A DNA stretch of 64,000 bases from Trichoplax sp. H2 (Eukaryota). Position numbers and translations under genes: made by a program. The stretch spans positions 1 through 64,000 of the forward strand of contig NOWV01000264.1 in assembly GCA_003344405.1 (NCBI GenBank). Reading direction: 5' to 3'. The notes below the pieces were generated by a model. That model was not told the origin of the DNA and did not search any database. It saw only the letters and a program-made list of their open reading frames with translations. Shown one piece after another: positions 14,201 to 40,400 of this stretch (position 1 is the stretch's first letter; each line of letters begins with the position of its first letter).

Positions 14201-15102
14201 TTCCAACACGTTCCTATTATCTTTTACTGGTAAGTTACTGCAAAACAGAACGGTAACACAAACTTTGATTATATTGAAATAATTATGAAGATTCGATTAG
14301 ATTCGTAAACTAACAATATTCTTACCATCTTTTCTCCGTTATACTTTTAATCTGTGTAAGACAGTGTAATATTGTATTCTAAGTTGATGATGTATTTAGT
14401 AATGTCTACTGTAATTATTGTTTTTCACGAGTGATAGATATTCCGTTGGAGGCTTAAGTCTTAAGTATAGCTAGCTTAGTAACTGTATCCTTTTGAAGAG
14501 GAGTGCTACAGCGCTCACACTAGAGCTTCACATGAAAGGTGTAAACTATCCTGTATTTGAGATGCTAATACTGAAGTGTGTAGCAAGTATTAGAGGTCCT
14601 CAGCTGATCGATTACGTCGTATCTTTGTGAACGAGGTTTTGTTCAATAAATCTTAATTTTCTAAAGTCTTGAAGATTCTTAATCTATCAACCTCACAATC
14701 TGCAATGTTACCTATAAATGTTACAACCTCTTTTTTTCTGCAACAGTTGTATTAAATTAACTTCCAAGGGTACATACTCAAAATTGTAAAAAGAACTAAG
14801 AATTTAAAGTTTTACATCTACTTTACTAATGGTTTATAGGGACAGTAAAATAGCACCATGTGTGCTCAATCAATACAACGATGGCATCAAATACCAATAA
14901 ACTGATCAATATTCGCAATGTTACACTGTTTGTAAATCTATAACTTATGCATTTAGTTTGCCTTGGATATAGCCATGACTTTTGTAGCTACAATAGCACT
15001 TTATACTCGTTCTATTTATTAGCAACATCTTCAAAACTGGTGATATTAGAAGAAATTCAGGCCTTGTGTAAACTCTCTACAGTATTCTAATTTTGGGTCT
15101 CT

Positions 15103-15920
15103 CCATCAATACCGCGTGTATTATAGATTACATAGCGATATTATCTATCATCCATTCCATCATTCGATATTTATATCAACGCAAGTGTGTTTTTATTTTG
15201 AAGTTGCTAATACGACTAGAACTACCATCAATACTGCATGTATGTATTATAAATTATATCGCGATCATCCATTCCATTATCCGATATTTATATCTATACA
15301 AGTTTGTTGTTCCATTTTAGAGTTACTAATGTCACTAGTTCTGCCATCGATATCACTAGAACCATCACCAATGTAACATAAACTATAAATTACATCGCAA
15401 CATTACCCACCATCCATTCAATTTAAAATATTCATATCTATACAAGTGTATACTTCTATTTTAGAGTTACTAATGCCAATAGAACTATCATCAATGCTAT
15501 ATGTACTATAGATTATATCGCGATACTACCGATCATCCATTCCATTATGCAATATTCATATCTATACTAGTGTGTACTTCTATTTTGAAGTTGCTAATAC
15601 CACCAGGACCATCATCAATGCTGTGTTGACTATAGGTTATATCACGATACTACACATCATCCATTCTATTATTCAATATTCATATCTATACAAGTGTATT
15701 TTCCTATTTTGGAATCGCTAATATCGCTAGAAATATCATCAATGCTACGAGCATTATAGATTACATCGCGATATTCCCATAATCCATACCAATTGCAATA
15801 TTCAATATTCATATCTATACAAGTGTGTTTTCCTATTTTGGAGTTGCTAATACCACTAGCACTACCATCAATACTACGTATATTACATCACGATGTTACC
15901 CATCGTCCATCTCATTATCC
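15103..15920. repeat. Degenerate tandem repeat, ~122-130 bp unit, ~6.5 copies, upstream of gene B
   Basis: Recurrent motif ccatcaat...tatagattacatcgcgata...atcatccattccatt...atattcatatctatacaagtgtg...tattttgragttgctaatac..ctagaacta, starting near 15103, 15225, 15368, 15488, 15612, 15736 and 15865. Confidence 0.9.
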
Positions 15921-16700
15921 TTCTAAATTAACTATGACAACCGATCAATAGATAGATTATAAAGCATTAAGCTTAATGAACAAATAACATTAGCACACAG
16001 TATGAATCTATCCACTGATATTTTATTGACAATTAATATGTGACTGGTACGGTGATTCTCTTGTAGCTTATCGATACTATTGGTTAGATAAAATAAAAAG
16101 CTCTGTTGTCATGTTAATCGTTAACGGTTTTATGCATTATTCATTTTCTATGACATAATTGTGCATGGGATCCGATCCTTGTGACAAAAAGGAATAGAGA
16201 TAGTCCGGCCCGATTGAAGCCATTTCCCATGCTCTATTCTGGAAATTTATAGTAAGTTAACCTAATTTGTAGCATTTTATATTGATTAAAATTAGTTATA
16301 GTCTATTTTATGATTATAAAAGAGAATTAAAGCTCACGAAAGAAATTCTTATAAACCAATTTGCCTTCAATAAGATACGGAAATAGTCAAGTGTGAGCAG
16401 CTCTGTATCTCAATATATTGTTATTGCGCTTAGCGCCAATGCCCTAATCTTTAATCTACCTACTAGATATTGTATAGACTGATCATGATGCTGTAAAGAC
16501 TTTAATGTTAGAATTACATGTCTATCGATAGTAGAAATTTTCAATTAGTAAACAAAATAAGATTGAGAAACTTTTAAACTTTACTGATTTCAGTACGTAT
16601 AACCAATTACTATCATAATGTAGACCGAAGACATAAGGTATATTCTAATTCGATCCCTCTATTATGTCTTGTATTTAGATCAGCACCGTACAAGTCGAGA

Positions 16701-28120
<11,420 letters not shown>

Positions 28121-31100
28121 ATAGCCAAATATGGGGCAAAGGTAAATGGACAGGCACAAAGTAATTTAAAAACTAGGAAGCAAATACGATAATTCTGATC
28201 TTTCTATAACCCATTTAGTCTTTCTTGCAATCGTTATTTAAACCCTTATATTTTATCTTTTTCAGGAGTTACCTTGAAATAAGTGGATTTAAAAAGTATA
28301 ATTTTTATTTCTGTAAGCTCAAATAAATTCAAGCAAAATTCTTATAGATTTGTTTCCGAGTGGATAAATATTAATAGCTTTACCATGAATTAAATCATAT
28401 GTGATTATGTTACGGTCAATCCTGGGAATCGGTCATTCCCGAGTAGATAAATATAATCACCTTTTAATTATGTGTTTAAAAATTGTAACTATAACAGATT
28501 AATCATCATATTATTTTTAAAATTTGCAGGAGTTATGTAAGCTAATAAAGTATCATATTCTGCTGTCAAAACGACTAGATTAAAAGCTAATCTGATGCTA
28601 GTATAGCGTTAAAGTAGTGAAGCTTACAGTTCATGTAGACATTGATCTCTGTCATTTATCTAACATATACATAATGTTAACACGGTTATAAGTTTCTGTA
28701 GATTTTTTTACATTTTTAAGTCATTGCTTCAGCACTAGTAGTTATTATATACATTGAAAATGTAGATTCAATTTCTTTTTGGCAAACTTATTTTGATATC
28801 TTATGTAATATGCAACAAATCCTTTCAAACTAGTAGCTAAAATCGTTGTTTTCTATAAATATAACATTTGTGATAGTTATGTAGGCTCAACAGATGTAAT
28901 TACATCTCGGATTACTTCAATAATTCTAATTCTAAGTAGATATTTTAAGATGAGCAAATAGCTCACTTTACAATGTTAGAATTACAATTGATATCGCTGG
29001 AATAAAAACTATTTCAATGTACCATTTGCAATTATCATCATCATATGACAAAGACGAATACTACAGTAATAAGACCTTCATCTTAGGAGTTGAATATTTT
29101 ATTTCTCTCGAGGACGCAATGCGTGCGATGTTCCATCTTGCATAATATGTACATGTTATTAAATATCACTACTATATCTACAACTGAGGATACTGCTGTA
29201 GCAAGAGCATTATTTTTACGGCCAGTACTAATGCACCTTCATTAAGGTGTAGATATATAGCAATCACCTTGATATCAACAATTAAAGTATATCATACCGT
29301 ATACGCAATATTTTTCGCGCTTAGCCTTTTATCGCTAGTATAAGGTAAATACTAAGATTCTACTGATAGAAACATATTCCGAATCTATTTCTATCTAGTT
29401 ATATCTTAATAACGGCTTCTCCTATTTATTTAAAAAATTTTGTCAATTTCCAATTATAGATCTAAAACTGGAATAAAATGTCAGCATAATTCTGTAAGAG
29501 ATTAATTTAAAGAGCTACGAAAACCACCATATGGCTTCGATGAAGATACGATAATATAGATATAATGAAATTGTTCTCGGAACTATTTATACTTACGCAA
29601 TTTGTCAACATTTACTAGGAATGCCAGTTATTGTATAAAGGATGCTAATATTATTATTTATGATATCAATAAATAATATACAGTATTCGTGCCTCTTATA
29701 TTTTAAATTCTTATCAAGCATAAGCTTTTAGTAAGCTACGAATATTTTATATCGTGAGCTCTACAACTGAAATGGTATTAAATATGAACACTCATTTTTG
29801 CTTCATGTTGTTTTGATTAAAATCTCATAAAAATGCCATAAATTGGCTTTGATTACGCTTTTCTTTATATATTCGTATGCCATTAGGTTTCTGAAAAAGC
29901 TACAATACAGTAACGTATAAGAAAGATGAAGATAACTACGATAGTTGATCTCGTGGATGGGACTATAAATTATTATTGACTTTGTTGGTAAAAAACATTG
30001 AACAGTATCAAGAGTTGAGAAATTAATCCTAGTTTAACAGAGTTAGATATAAATATCAATTAACACTCTTGTGTTGAAATATTGACTACGGATGCCATAG
30101 TGGGAAGACCTAAGTCATATGATTGAAAAACAAGAGAATTATACTATCATCAAGTGTGTTAATGAAGAGATGACGTCTATTGTTATTATTTCTCTTTCTT
30201 ATTCTAATCTTGAACGATTATTACCAATAACGATAAAGTAATTAAGAATAATTGTAAGAATAATTATATCATTATATAATTATATTATATTATATGCATT
30301 ATATCGATCAATATACGGGCCACATCCGGATGTTCTGTACCATACCGTCTATGCCATTATTGCTTAATGATCCTTTACTCTCTTTCATGCAGTCTATTGC
30401 TACCGCATCGCAATTATCTATGACATCATGCCTTCACTTGTAATTTAATTATAATAATAATAGTAAGTTCTAAATTATTCGTCATGTGATATTACTGTTA
30501 TGCTATTATGATTCCTGTTCTATGAATGTGCGTAAAAGTAACCGTTTCCGAATAGAATTCGATTATTTTTCGACTCTTAAATTATGCAATAGACATGTTT
30601 CGGATATCTTTAGAGGAAGGACACACCTTAAAAAAACAGATTGATGAACAGCTGATGAGCTGTTTTCTACATGAAATGCAGCAAATGAAGTGATTGACGA
30701 CTGTCAATGATAGAAAAACTAAAGTTATCAGTTTCAATATAATTTTTGTATGGGGAGCAAGGTGCTTGCTGTACCTTAAGAGTTAAATAAATATTCATCC
30801 ATAAAGGCTGACTAAATAATTTATTATTATATAAAAAAGGAATAACAATAACGCTGCTAACGTCACTGTTATCATCAACAGTAGAACCGAAGAATAATCA
30901 TAACAACAACCACATTAGTACTGTAGCGCTATATTAAAGTATTAGAGCTACTAGCTATGCCTTCATAATATGAATAGTAATATTCTATATCCAATGCTAT
31001 TGGATAGTAAATCTTTGTTTGTGTAATCAATACAACTAATAGTTAGTAGAAAGCATCAAGAACAATTTATCCCCTGGGTTTTTCAATAGTTAGGTCATCT

Positions 31101-31432
31101 AATATTACCTAATCGATTAGTTAACTTCCGCTAATCAATCCCTATATCAGGGAAAAATCATCAGGAAAGCAGTTCGCTTTAATTCAAAATTGTTTATTAG
31201 TCGTCTTGTCTTTTAGTATTAGTAAAAAAATATGGAAATCAAGGCAAGAATGTCAAATTAATTGCTACGTATTCAGAAATGTTTTAGCGTTTTAAACGTT
31301 CAAGTCTAACTATTCCTTATCAATATAATTAACTTTAGAATCAGATTATTAAATTCAACTCCCTTATTAATTAACTTTAAACCATTTAAGCTTTTAACTT
31401 CATCTTTATTCCAACATATCCATTACTTAAAG

Positions 31433-31495
31433 ATGAAACTGAATCGTTTAATCTATTTTTTCGCCTCAGTTTTCTTTCTATCGACGGCATCTACG
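31433..31495 (+). CDS. Gene C exon 1: start codon and signal peptide
   Basis: [21 protein letters not shown] then GTAAG donor, phase 0; continues ANA-TSVQ. Confidence 0.82.
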
Positions 31496-34400
31496 GTAAG
31501 ATTAGCTGATAATGATTGACTCTAAGCATGATTATGTTTACTAAGTTGATGGATTATAATACAGTAATCATTTTGCTTCACGGTGAACCTCGTCTTTTAG
31601 CTGACAAATAAAATGCACAGTATTTATATAAATAGATAGTTTAAAATAATATTAAGATACATTTTAAGGTAGCATGGTATTTAAATACAATTCAAGATAA
31701 TCCTACATCTAGAAGAGCATTCTATTATTCATATTTCTACACGCATTTATAAAAAATTAGTCAAGAATTGTATAGAATTTTCTTCCTTTCTAAATCTTTA
31801 TCTATAAAATAACACAACTAATTTTATCCTAGACGTGCTCTCAGTTTACTATAAACCTTACGTTATAGTCCACTACTACAGTATCAATGTTAAGTTACAG
31901 AGTTCATTATCGTTATTGATCCTTTTGAAATACCTGTCAAATAATTTCTTTCTTTTCCGTTACTTTCATTAACATCAACGTAGCTTATTAGTGACTATAA
32001 ACGTTACGCCAACAAAGTAAACTTAATGATTGTACGATAATTAATTGCAGGTAGTTTGATTTATTTCACTAAGTATAGAAATTTTTAGATATTAGCTACA
32101 GAAAGCGATATTAAAGATTAATCGCTTTTCCAGTCTAATATATACTGATGGTAACATCTATACCTTATCAATATATTACTATTTCTGTTTCATTCAGGCT
32201 AATGCAACTTCCGTGCAGGCTAACATAAGCATGAAGTTAATAAGTTATCATAATCCTCAAGAGATATTATATAATGGCCAAAAGTGCGATACTTTCTCAT
32301 CTTGTGACTATACATTTAATTTTTGCGGCCGGAAAACTAACTCTGGACCATCATGCGTTTATGGGGATGTTACGACTAAATCGTTTGATAATGTTGGCGA
32401 GACGAAAACTTTTCAAGTGGGTGAGCAATTGACCAATGGGGCAATTACCATCACTAACCCATATAGCGCTCCAATTGTCGGACTATGGCCTGTAAGTTTA
32501 CTAGTACCAATTAATTAACGGCTAGCTACAATATAATTTATCTCAATATCAACTAATTATGCAGTATATCTAGGTTTCATCATACCCTGATAGTTATTTC
32601 ATCCCAAATATATCGCCTTATTCTAAGCTAGAGATACTATTAGTAGATTGTAAATGATTTAGATATTTAGGAAGTAAAATATTATGTAAAATTAAAATAT
32701 CTCATTTAAGTTTTATAATTAAAATTAATGTTGGATTGCATCTAAGTTACAACAATAATATCCTTAACTAGCATGAAAGAAAAAAAAATGATTTACGATG
32801 ATTTACGTACACATAAAGTCATAAACAAAGCGAATTCAAGAAATTTGTTTATAATATATCATGCATAGATAGTTAAAATTAGTTTAATAAGGAAACTTTA
32901 AAAGTAAAATAGGCCTAAGATATCAATAAATTGAGAGTTAAGATACTGTCCACTGTGGTTTCTTAAATTTGCTATTTCATAAAATCTATCATAATCGATT
33001 ATTACTACAAATTACAGTAAGAAATTGCAGAACTTGCTTCATCAAGCAGTAATCTGGCATTACTTAAACTACGTCCAGTTATCATGCACCTAGAGTAAAT
33101 TAAGTATATGTTTCTCTAATCAAAATAGGCAAGCACTTCAAAGCAATAATTGAATTAACGTTATAAAAAAGTATGTGCCAGATCAATCATTTGCTCTGCA
33201 TATGAGCTTATTAATCATCAGTTCATATTCTACGATATTGGATGCAATATAATATTTATGTCCATGCATAGCATTTACTCCAGTTTTCTATTAGTTTCCA
33301 AACTTAACAGAATATTTAAGCATCTGTTACGTTAGAACAGTTTTTGATTTCATTCTTTAAGTCTTTCAACTTTGACAAACAGAAAAGGAATCACTAGCAA
33401 TTTGCGTGGATATTATGATCAATCAACTCTATGTCAACATCAACTGGCGCATTTTATAAATTTCTGATACATCAGTTAATACCTTTTATATCTATTTTAA
33501 TTTTAATAGGGCCAATTCCAGCTCTTTATTAACGTTACCGATGAAGACTCATTCTTAGAAGTAGGCAATAATAGAGTCGATGATTTAACAAAAGATATTA
33601 CCATATCGGCTGGTATTAAGCAAACGATTACCATGACTGGAAGTCGCCCCACTAATCCATCTAGTTTTACATTCGAGATGGAAGTTAAATGTATAAATAG
33701 TTGGATGGGAAGCCTTTGCGATATAGGTATAATTAACTCACCGTATCCCTATTTCATTTAAGAAATAAAGATACTTCTCAATTTCCGTCAAAACTTTTGA
33801 GATTTCTAAATAGAATATAGAACACTTATGGTAGCAAGCAAACTATTTCTTCCCTTCTTATTTACTTGTTCCTTCTTAATCCTTTCCAGATCTAATTAGC
33901 TGTCGCAGTTCACCATGTCAAGGTAGAGGAAACTGCATAAACACTGCACCTAACGCTTATAAATGTCATTGCCTTACTGGATATACCGGTGTCAATTGTG
34001 AAACAAGTAATGCCGATTTCTAGGATACATACATTTCCATTTTTTAATAAAATTTTGCAATATCTATTATCAATTACCAACAGTTTTTATTTCGTTCTTG
34101 TATTTTAATTGTCACCTATGGACGCATTAAATACATTATTAACTCTCCGTTCTAGATATTGACGAATGTGCATCTGGACCTTGCAAACATATTTATTCCA
34201 CCTGCATTGATTTGGTGAACGGTTATCGATGTGTCTGTCCATCTGATTGGACAGGAAAAAATTGTGATATAGGTTAGTAGCATTCTATTTACATTCGATA
34301 GGTAAGTATGCATTACATTGCAAATCTTCTCGCAGATTTTGTATTTTACTAGCGTGGACTTTTAAATCCTATTGCGTATTCCATATATTGCATTTTAAGA

Positions 34401-37400
34401 GGATTAGATCAAATTTATTGATGATGACCAAATATTTATATGATTTTGAATACAATGTTATTAGATAACAATATATGCCGTATCAATAACCCATGTCTGA
34501 ACGGTGCAACATGCAAATTTACCAATGTTAATCAATATTCATGTACCTGTCTTCCCGGATTTACAGGAAAAACTTGCGATAGTAAGAGTATATTTATTCT
34601 AGTATATTTAGATTTTAGGCTGTTACATATCATGGATCTAAAGTATCACTTGATAGCCATAGCATTGGCAATCTTATATGATATAGAATCTACGTTATAT
34701 AAAATGTTGGCGTGTGTAAGCGCATGCAATTGGATCTAATATGTGGTTAACAGTAAACTAAAGACAAATTTGAGATCTTCATAAATAATATCAATTTCGT
34801 GGCTTTAAATTTTCTCAGTTGTAAATAGCACAAACATATTGATTCAAAGCACTCATAGTTTGAATGCTAAACTTTAAACTCATTAGCTTACAATGGTTGT
34901 CTCTCGGATCCATGCCTTCATAGAGGCAATTGTTCAACTGGAAGTAATAGTTATACCTGCCATTGCCCTCAAGATTGGTCTGGGACTCACTGTGAACAGG
35001 GTCTGTTATTCTTTTCAGCAAATATTCTCCAGTGACAATTAGTATATTCCACTATTGCACAAATTGATTAAATCTAAAATAATTAATATAATAAAATAGG
35101 CTAGACTCTAAATCGGTGATAATATGCAAAAACTGATCCATATAGTCTTCATCATCTCGTATTAAGTGTCCATCATTAAGTCAGCTTATTACACATATAA
35201 CGTCACAGCCTTTTCACTTTAATAGTCTTAATTTAATAAGAATCTTTGCTACGTTTGTTGATAGATCTTAGCCTATGTAGAACAAATTCTCCATGCCAAA
35301 ACGGTGGAACTTGCCAATTTGTTAATGCAACCAGCTATCAATGTGTTTGCCCACAATATTATACTGGGAGTACCTGTCAATGTTAGTCTAGACATATTAT
35401 AGCTTCTTAATTCTACAACCATTATATCTAATATTAAAGTATCGATATTATATATGATCCATTTATTCAATTTCCGATGTTTGCAGCTCATATTCCTTGC
35501 CAATCCAATCCCTGTATTGGTACTGGTTCAACTTGTGTGGATACTCCAAGTGGCTATGTGTGCCATTGTCCAGTTGATATGACAGGAACCAATTGTGATA
35601 TAGGTTGCTTAATAAATTAACCAATACGATGTATTTCACCCGTTATAATTACATACAAGCAAACATATAATTATCTGTAATACTACAGATGCCACATACC
35701 ATCGTCGAATGGAATCACAGATCGATAGTGTGATATAAGATCGTGTAGGATCAATAATGTGATACAAATTTTAAATAGCAGTTTTAGCCGCTAGGATAGT
35801 TGTGTATCATGAATGAATACTAATTTATTGTAAGAATAGGGATTAATGGAGATTTACGATATTAAGTGGCAATTTATTAATCTTTAATGTTTCATAGCTT
35901 AGTAATAAGGATTAAATATAGTATTTTTGCTCCAATCATTCGTAACTCAACTTGAAATAATCAATTTTAGATACCAACGTATGCAGATCAAACAATCCTT
36001 GCCAGCACGGCTCAACATGCGAAAATACAGGCCCTTCTACTTATCGATGCGTATGTCCATCTCTATATTCAGGCCAAAATTGTGAAAGTAAGAAAACTTT
36101 GTAATGTAACTTAGTTACTCTAGTCATATCAATCAACCAAGTTGCATTTCATTAAACTAATTTTTTATCGAAACCAAATTTCATGATATTACTAATTTTA
36201 TTATTTCTTTCACTATGTTATCCAACTATCATCTAGATTATACACCGTGCATGTCAAATCCTTGCCAACATGTCTACGCTACATGCGTAAATAACCCACA
36301 CAATTATACTTGCCAATGCCCTGGCGATTGGATAGGTTATAATTGCGAGATAGGTTAGTTAGAAGTGGAATTGCTGAACTTATATTGTACGTGTAATTCG
36401 CGATAAAGTAAAAAATGATTAAGCTAAGATCAAATTTTTACGTTTACAAATAATTTGGTTACTCATATTTATTTAAATAATTAAAACATAATTTAAAAGT
36501 ACAGTATCTTATTAATTACAGCAAACCATACTTTGTATAAGAAATTATTAAATATAAGCTTTCCACCTTACGAAAGTCATTATAGAGAGCATAAAGTCTA
36601 TTGATAGATCAGTCTCGTCTAATATTTAGTAAGGTTATGATAATAAAAGATATGGAATATTTCAGCTTATATTTAGCAATACAGTCCAAAATACTGTGAT
36701 TTAGCCATGATTACCAGAATAAGAATTGTAACAGTTTATTGATCGGTTCTTACTTCTAATACAGATGCAAATATATGTCGAATGAATAACCCTTGTGTAA
36801 ATGGCGGGATCTGCACATCGCATAAAGCAGGAAAATACCAATGCGAATGCCCGGATAACTATAACGGCACTAATTGTGAAAGTATGATTTTTATATTCAA
36901 TACTCTTTGGTTAACTCAAGTATCAATCGATCTATGACGGCTTTATCGCCATATATCCTCTACTTGATAATTCTTGTAATGTACGATCTACTAAATTTCC
37001 ATAGATCCTGTATATAGGTTGTAAGGATGTAAAGCATATTAAACCAGCTCAAATTAACAATTATAGTCTGCTTCTAAATAGAATATTCCTGGTTTATTAC
37101 TAGATTACAACGACTGCTTATCGAGACCTTGCAATCATATTTACGCAACATGTGTGGATTTGCCGGGTACCAATTATTCTTGCATTTGTCCTTCTGACTG
37201 GACAGGAAGAAATTGCGATAAAGGTATTCTACAGAAACTATTATTCTGAAATAGCCATAGCCTAGTAATCGATTTAAGTCATTTTTGATCGAATCGGATT
37301 TTGAGCATTTTTAGTGAAATTTGATACTTTGCCTTTATCAATTGAGCTTCTTTGTGATAGTACTCGCATACATTATTGCTTAGGTGCAATTATTCCGTAG

Positions 37401-40400
37401 TATATCAACATCACATGTTAGCGAAACATAGCCAACGCAAGTATTATATCCCATCTAGTCTGATGTTACCCTAATCGAATAAATCATTCATTATTATAGA
37501 TTTAAATAGCTGCAGATCCAATCCATGTCAATTTGGAGGTACTTGCACCAGTATTGGTCCTGATGTCTATGCATGTAGTTGTCCTGTTGGATATACTGGC
37601 AAAAATTGTCAAACAGGTAGCAGATTGGTATCTATAAAATGATTTTCCAAATCAAAATGATTAGCTTTAATATAACGGAAATCTACTAAAGCAGGCATTG
37701 GCATAATTGTTGGGGCTTTACAAGTCATTAGAGAAGATACAGGAATAAAAAACTTAAAAAATGAATTAACAACTCATTAAATAATCGCTTGTACTGTTAA
37801 AATACGTTTCTATTTGCTTGATGCATTCTTATTAGAAACAGTTACCGAGACCATTAGTTTTAGATTTATTTATTTCTTGATTTACTCATTTAGCAAACAA
37901 GGGCTCCAAAAGCTGCTAGAATGATAAAATGATTGCAGCTTCAGATTTTATTCTCTTTCACCAATAATAACTGCAATTCCTACGTAACCTATGTTTGATC
38001 AACCTATTTCAAATTTCTCATTAACTTTAGATATCAATCACTGCCTTGGACATGCTTGTTTAAACGGTGCAACCTGTATCGATGGTGTAACTTCATATAC
38101 TTGCTCGTGCAATTCTAACTGGACAGGTTCTGTCTGTGATCAAGGTAAGATAAATTATAATATCACGTTTGATTAAAAGTAGGGGATAAATATACTCTGT
38201 CTCAGATAAGTGCTGTACTAAAAGTTATCACCTATTTTAATAGCAATATGTAGAACAGGATGCAATCTATTGCATGGCAACTGTCATAACAGCCCGATGC
38301 AGTGCTTGTAAGTTAATATTGGAAACTTGTTAACTTCAATTAATGCATTATTCAATTTATTAGCATTAGGACTTATATATATAATAATACAACCGATTAG
38401 TATAATGTTAATAGAAACCTTGACACTTTCTAAACAAGGTGCATTAATGGCTGGACTGGAAATACTTGCAACACTTGCGTTAAAAGAGAAGGCTGTACAG
38501 GTCCGTTTACTACTCATAAAAGTGTTTGAAATGTTATTGATTTAACATCCCGAATGCGTTCTTTGGCTAGCATTTGATAAAATTCCTCCGCCATGGCAAC
38601 GTTTTCTTAAATTATATTATTTGTCCATCAATATTGTGATATTACATGTTCAGTATTATTGCAATTCATTGATTGCCCCATTACGACCATTAATGTAGAG
38701 ATTATATCACACGTACAGTAAGAGTATCTACTCGTCTTCGTATTTTTCGTTTAGTAACATTGAACATGTTCAGTACTATTGCAATTAATTCGTTACCCCA
38801 TCGTAACCATTAAAAGGGATATATTGTACGTAGGGTAAGATTATCTACTCATCTCATTTATACTTTTCGTTCAGTAACATTGAGTATGTTTAGTACTATT
38901 ACAATTTATTCCGTGCCTCGTCGTAACCATTAAAGGGGGTTCTAAATGCACGTAACATAAGACTATCTACTCGTCTTATTCATTTTTTTCGTTTGATAAC
39001 ATTGGTATGTACAGCATTGTAGCAATTCATTTGTTACCCTATCGTAACCATAAAAGGGGTAGATATAAACGTAATGTAAAGACTATCTACTCATCTTATT
39101 TGCATTTTTCGTTTGATAAAATTTAGCCAATGGCTACTGTGTTAATGCTAATGAATGTATCTGTAGAGATCATTACAGTGGTCCAAATTGTCAATATGGT
39201 TAGTATTCTGTTGGTTAATATCATGATCATGATCATCAATAGGATATTTAAATTTTTGACTTAATTCGGATTAATTTACTGTGATAGATAATAATAAATG
39301 CAGACTGGGACCTTGTCAAAATGGAGGAAACTGTACTAATGTCTTACCTGATAGCTATTCTTGTGGTTGTTTGCCAGGTTTTACTGGTAGCAATTGCAAT
39401 ACAAGTACGTTGATGCCATTTATTGTCATAGTACTGGTAAATTCAATATGTGCTATTACAAAAACAATTTATTCAATATAATATCATCTTGCTGCATATG
39501 ATACTTTCATAATCAATAGACCGATACTTTATTAGTTTTTCTTTGTTTTACTATATCTATATTAGCACTTTCATTAAGTCATACTTTAGCATATATATTT
39601 GATAAATATCCATGTCTGTCTGGACTATTATGTCATCGTGCATTAGCACGTCCAGTAAGTCGTACGTTAATTTATATATTTGACAAATATTTATGTCTGC
39701 CTTTACTATTATGTTACTGTGCATTAGCATACTCAGTAAGTCATATGTTATTTTATATATCTGGCAAAACATTCATATCTGTTTTAACTATTATGTCACT
39801 GTACTATTGTAACGTTGTTTGCAGTTAGCTAATATCTGCAAGACACAAAATTATCAGCTAGAAAACTGTATTCAATTGTTCTTTATTCGATTGTAGTTCA
39901 TGAAAACTCTACGAATTAGATAAATAGCTCTAGATTATTAAGTTTTATAGGCTAGACTAAGCTGCTGCATATTGCAATTATTAATGTAGGTTTAAAGGGT
40001 AATATTTGTATGTTTCTCCGTAGATCTAAATTTTTTACCTTTGATATAACAGATATCAATGAATGCTCCTCAAACCCTTGCGATAATAATGCTACTTGTA
40101 GCGATCGAGTAAATGGCTTCCTATGCTTATGCAATGTAGGCTTTAATGGCACTAACTGCGAAAATGGTAGGTACAAATACAGATCCAGACAGGTTATGCG
40201 ATTGATGATCATTATGATCTGCATACTTAAAGGTTGAGACTATTTGCAAACGAGGGAAAGATCATGTTTCTAATATGATCATTCTAATCTATTTCATTTA
40301 GATAATAATGCCTGTAGAATTTCTCCATGTCAGAATGAAGGAAATTGTTCTGACATTGTACCCAATAAATATAAGTGTGACTGTCCTAATGGTTTCAATG

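Noticed and set aside
15093..15376. Two short ORFs in the A/B intergenic region
   Set aside because: They lie inside the ~124 bp tandem repeat and are not kept open across copies.
15103..15920. CRISPR-like array
   Set aside because: Whole units are degenerate copies with no unique spacers; eukaryotic context and no cas genes.
38284..38545. Hydrophobic-looking ORFs 38327..38545 (+) and 38284..38517 (-)
   Set aside because: Wrong-frame or antisense readings over the DOS exons and an AT-rich intron.
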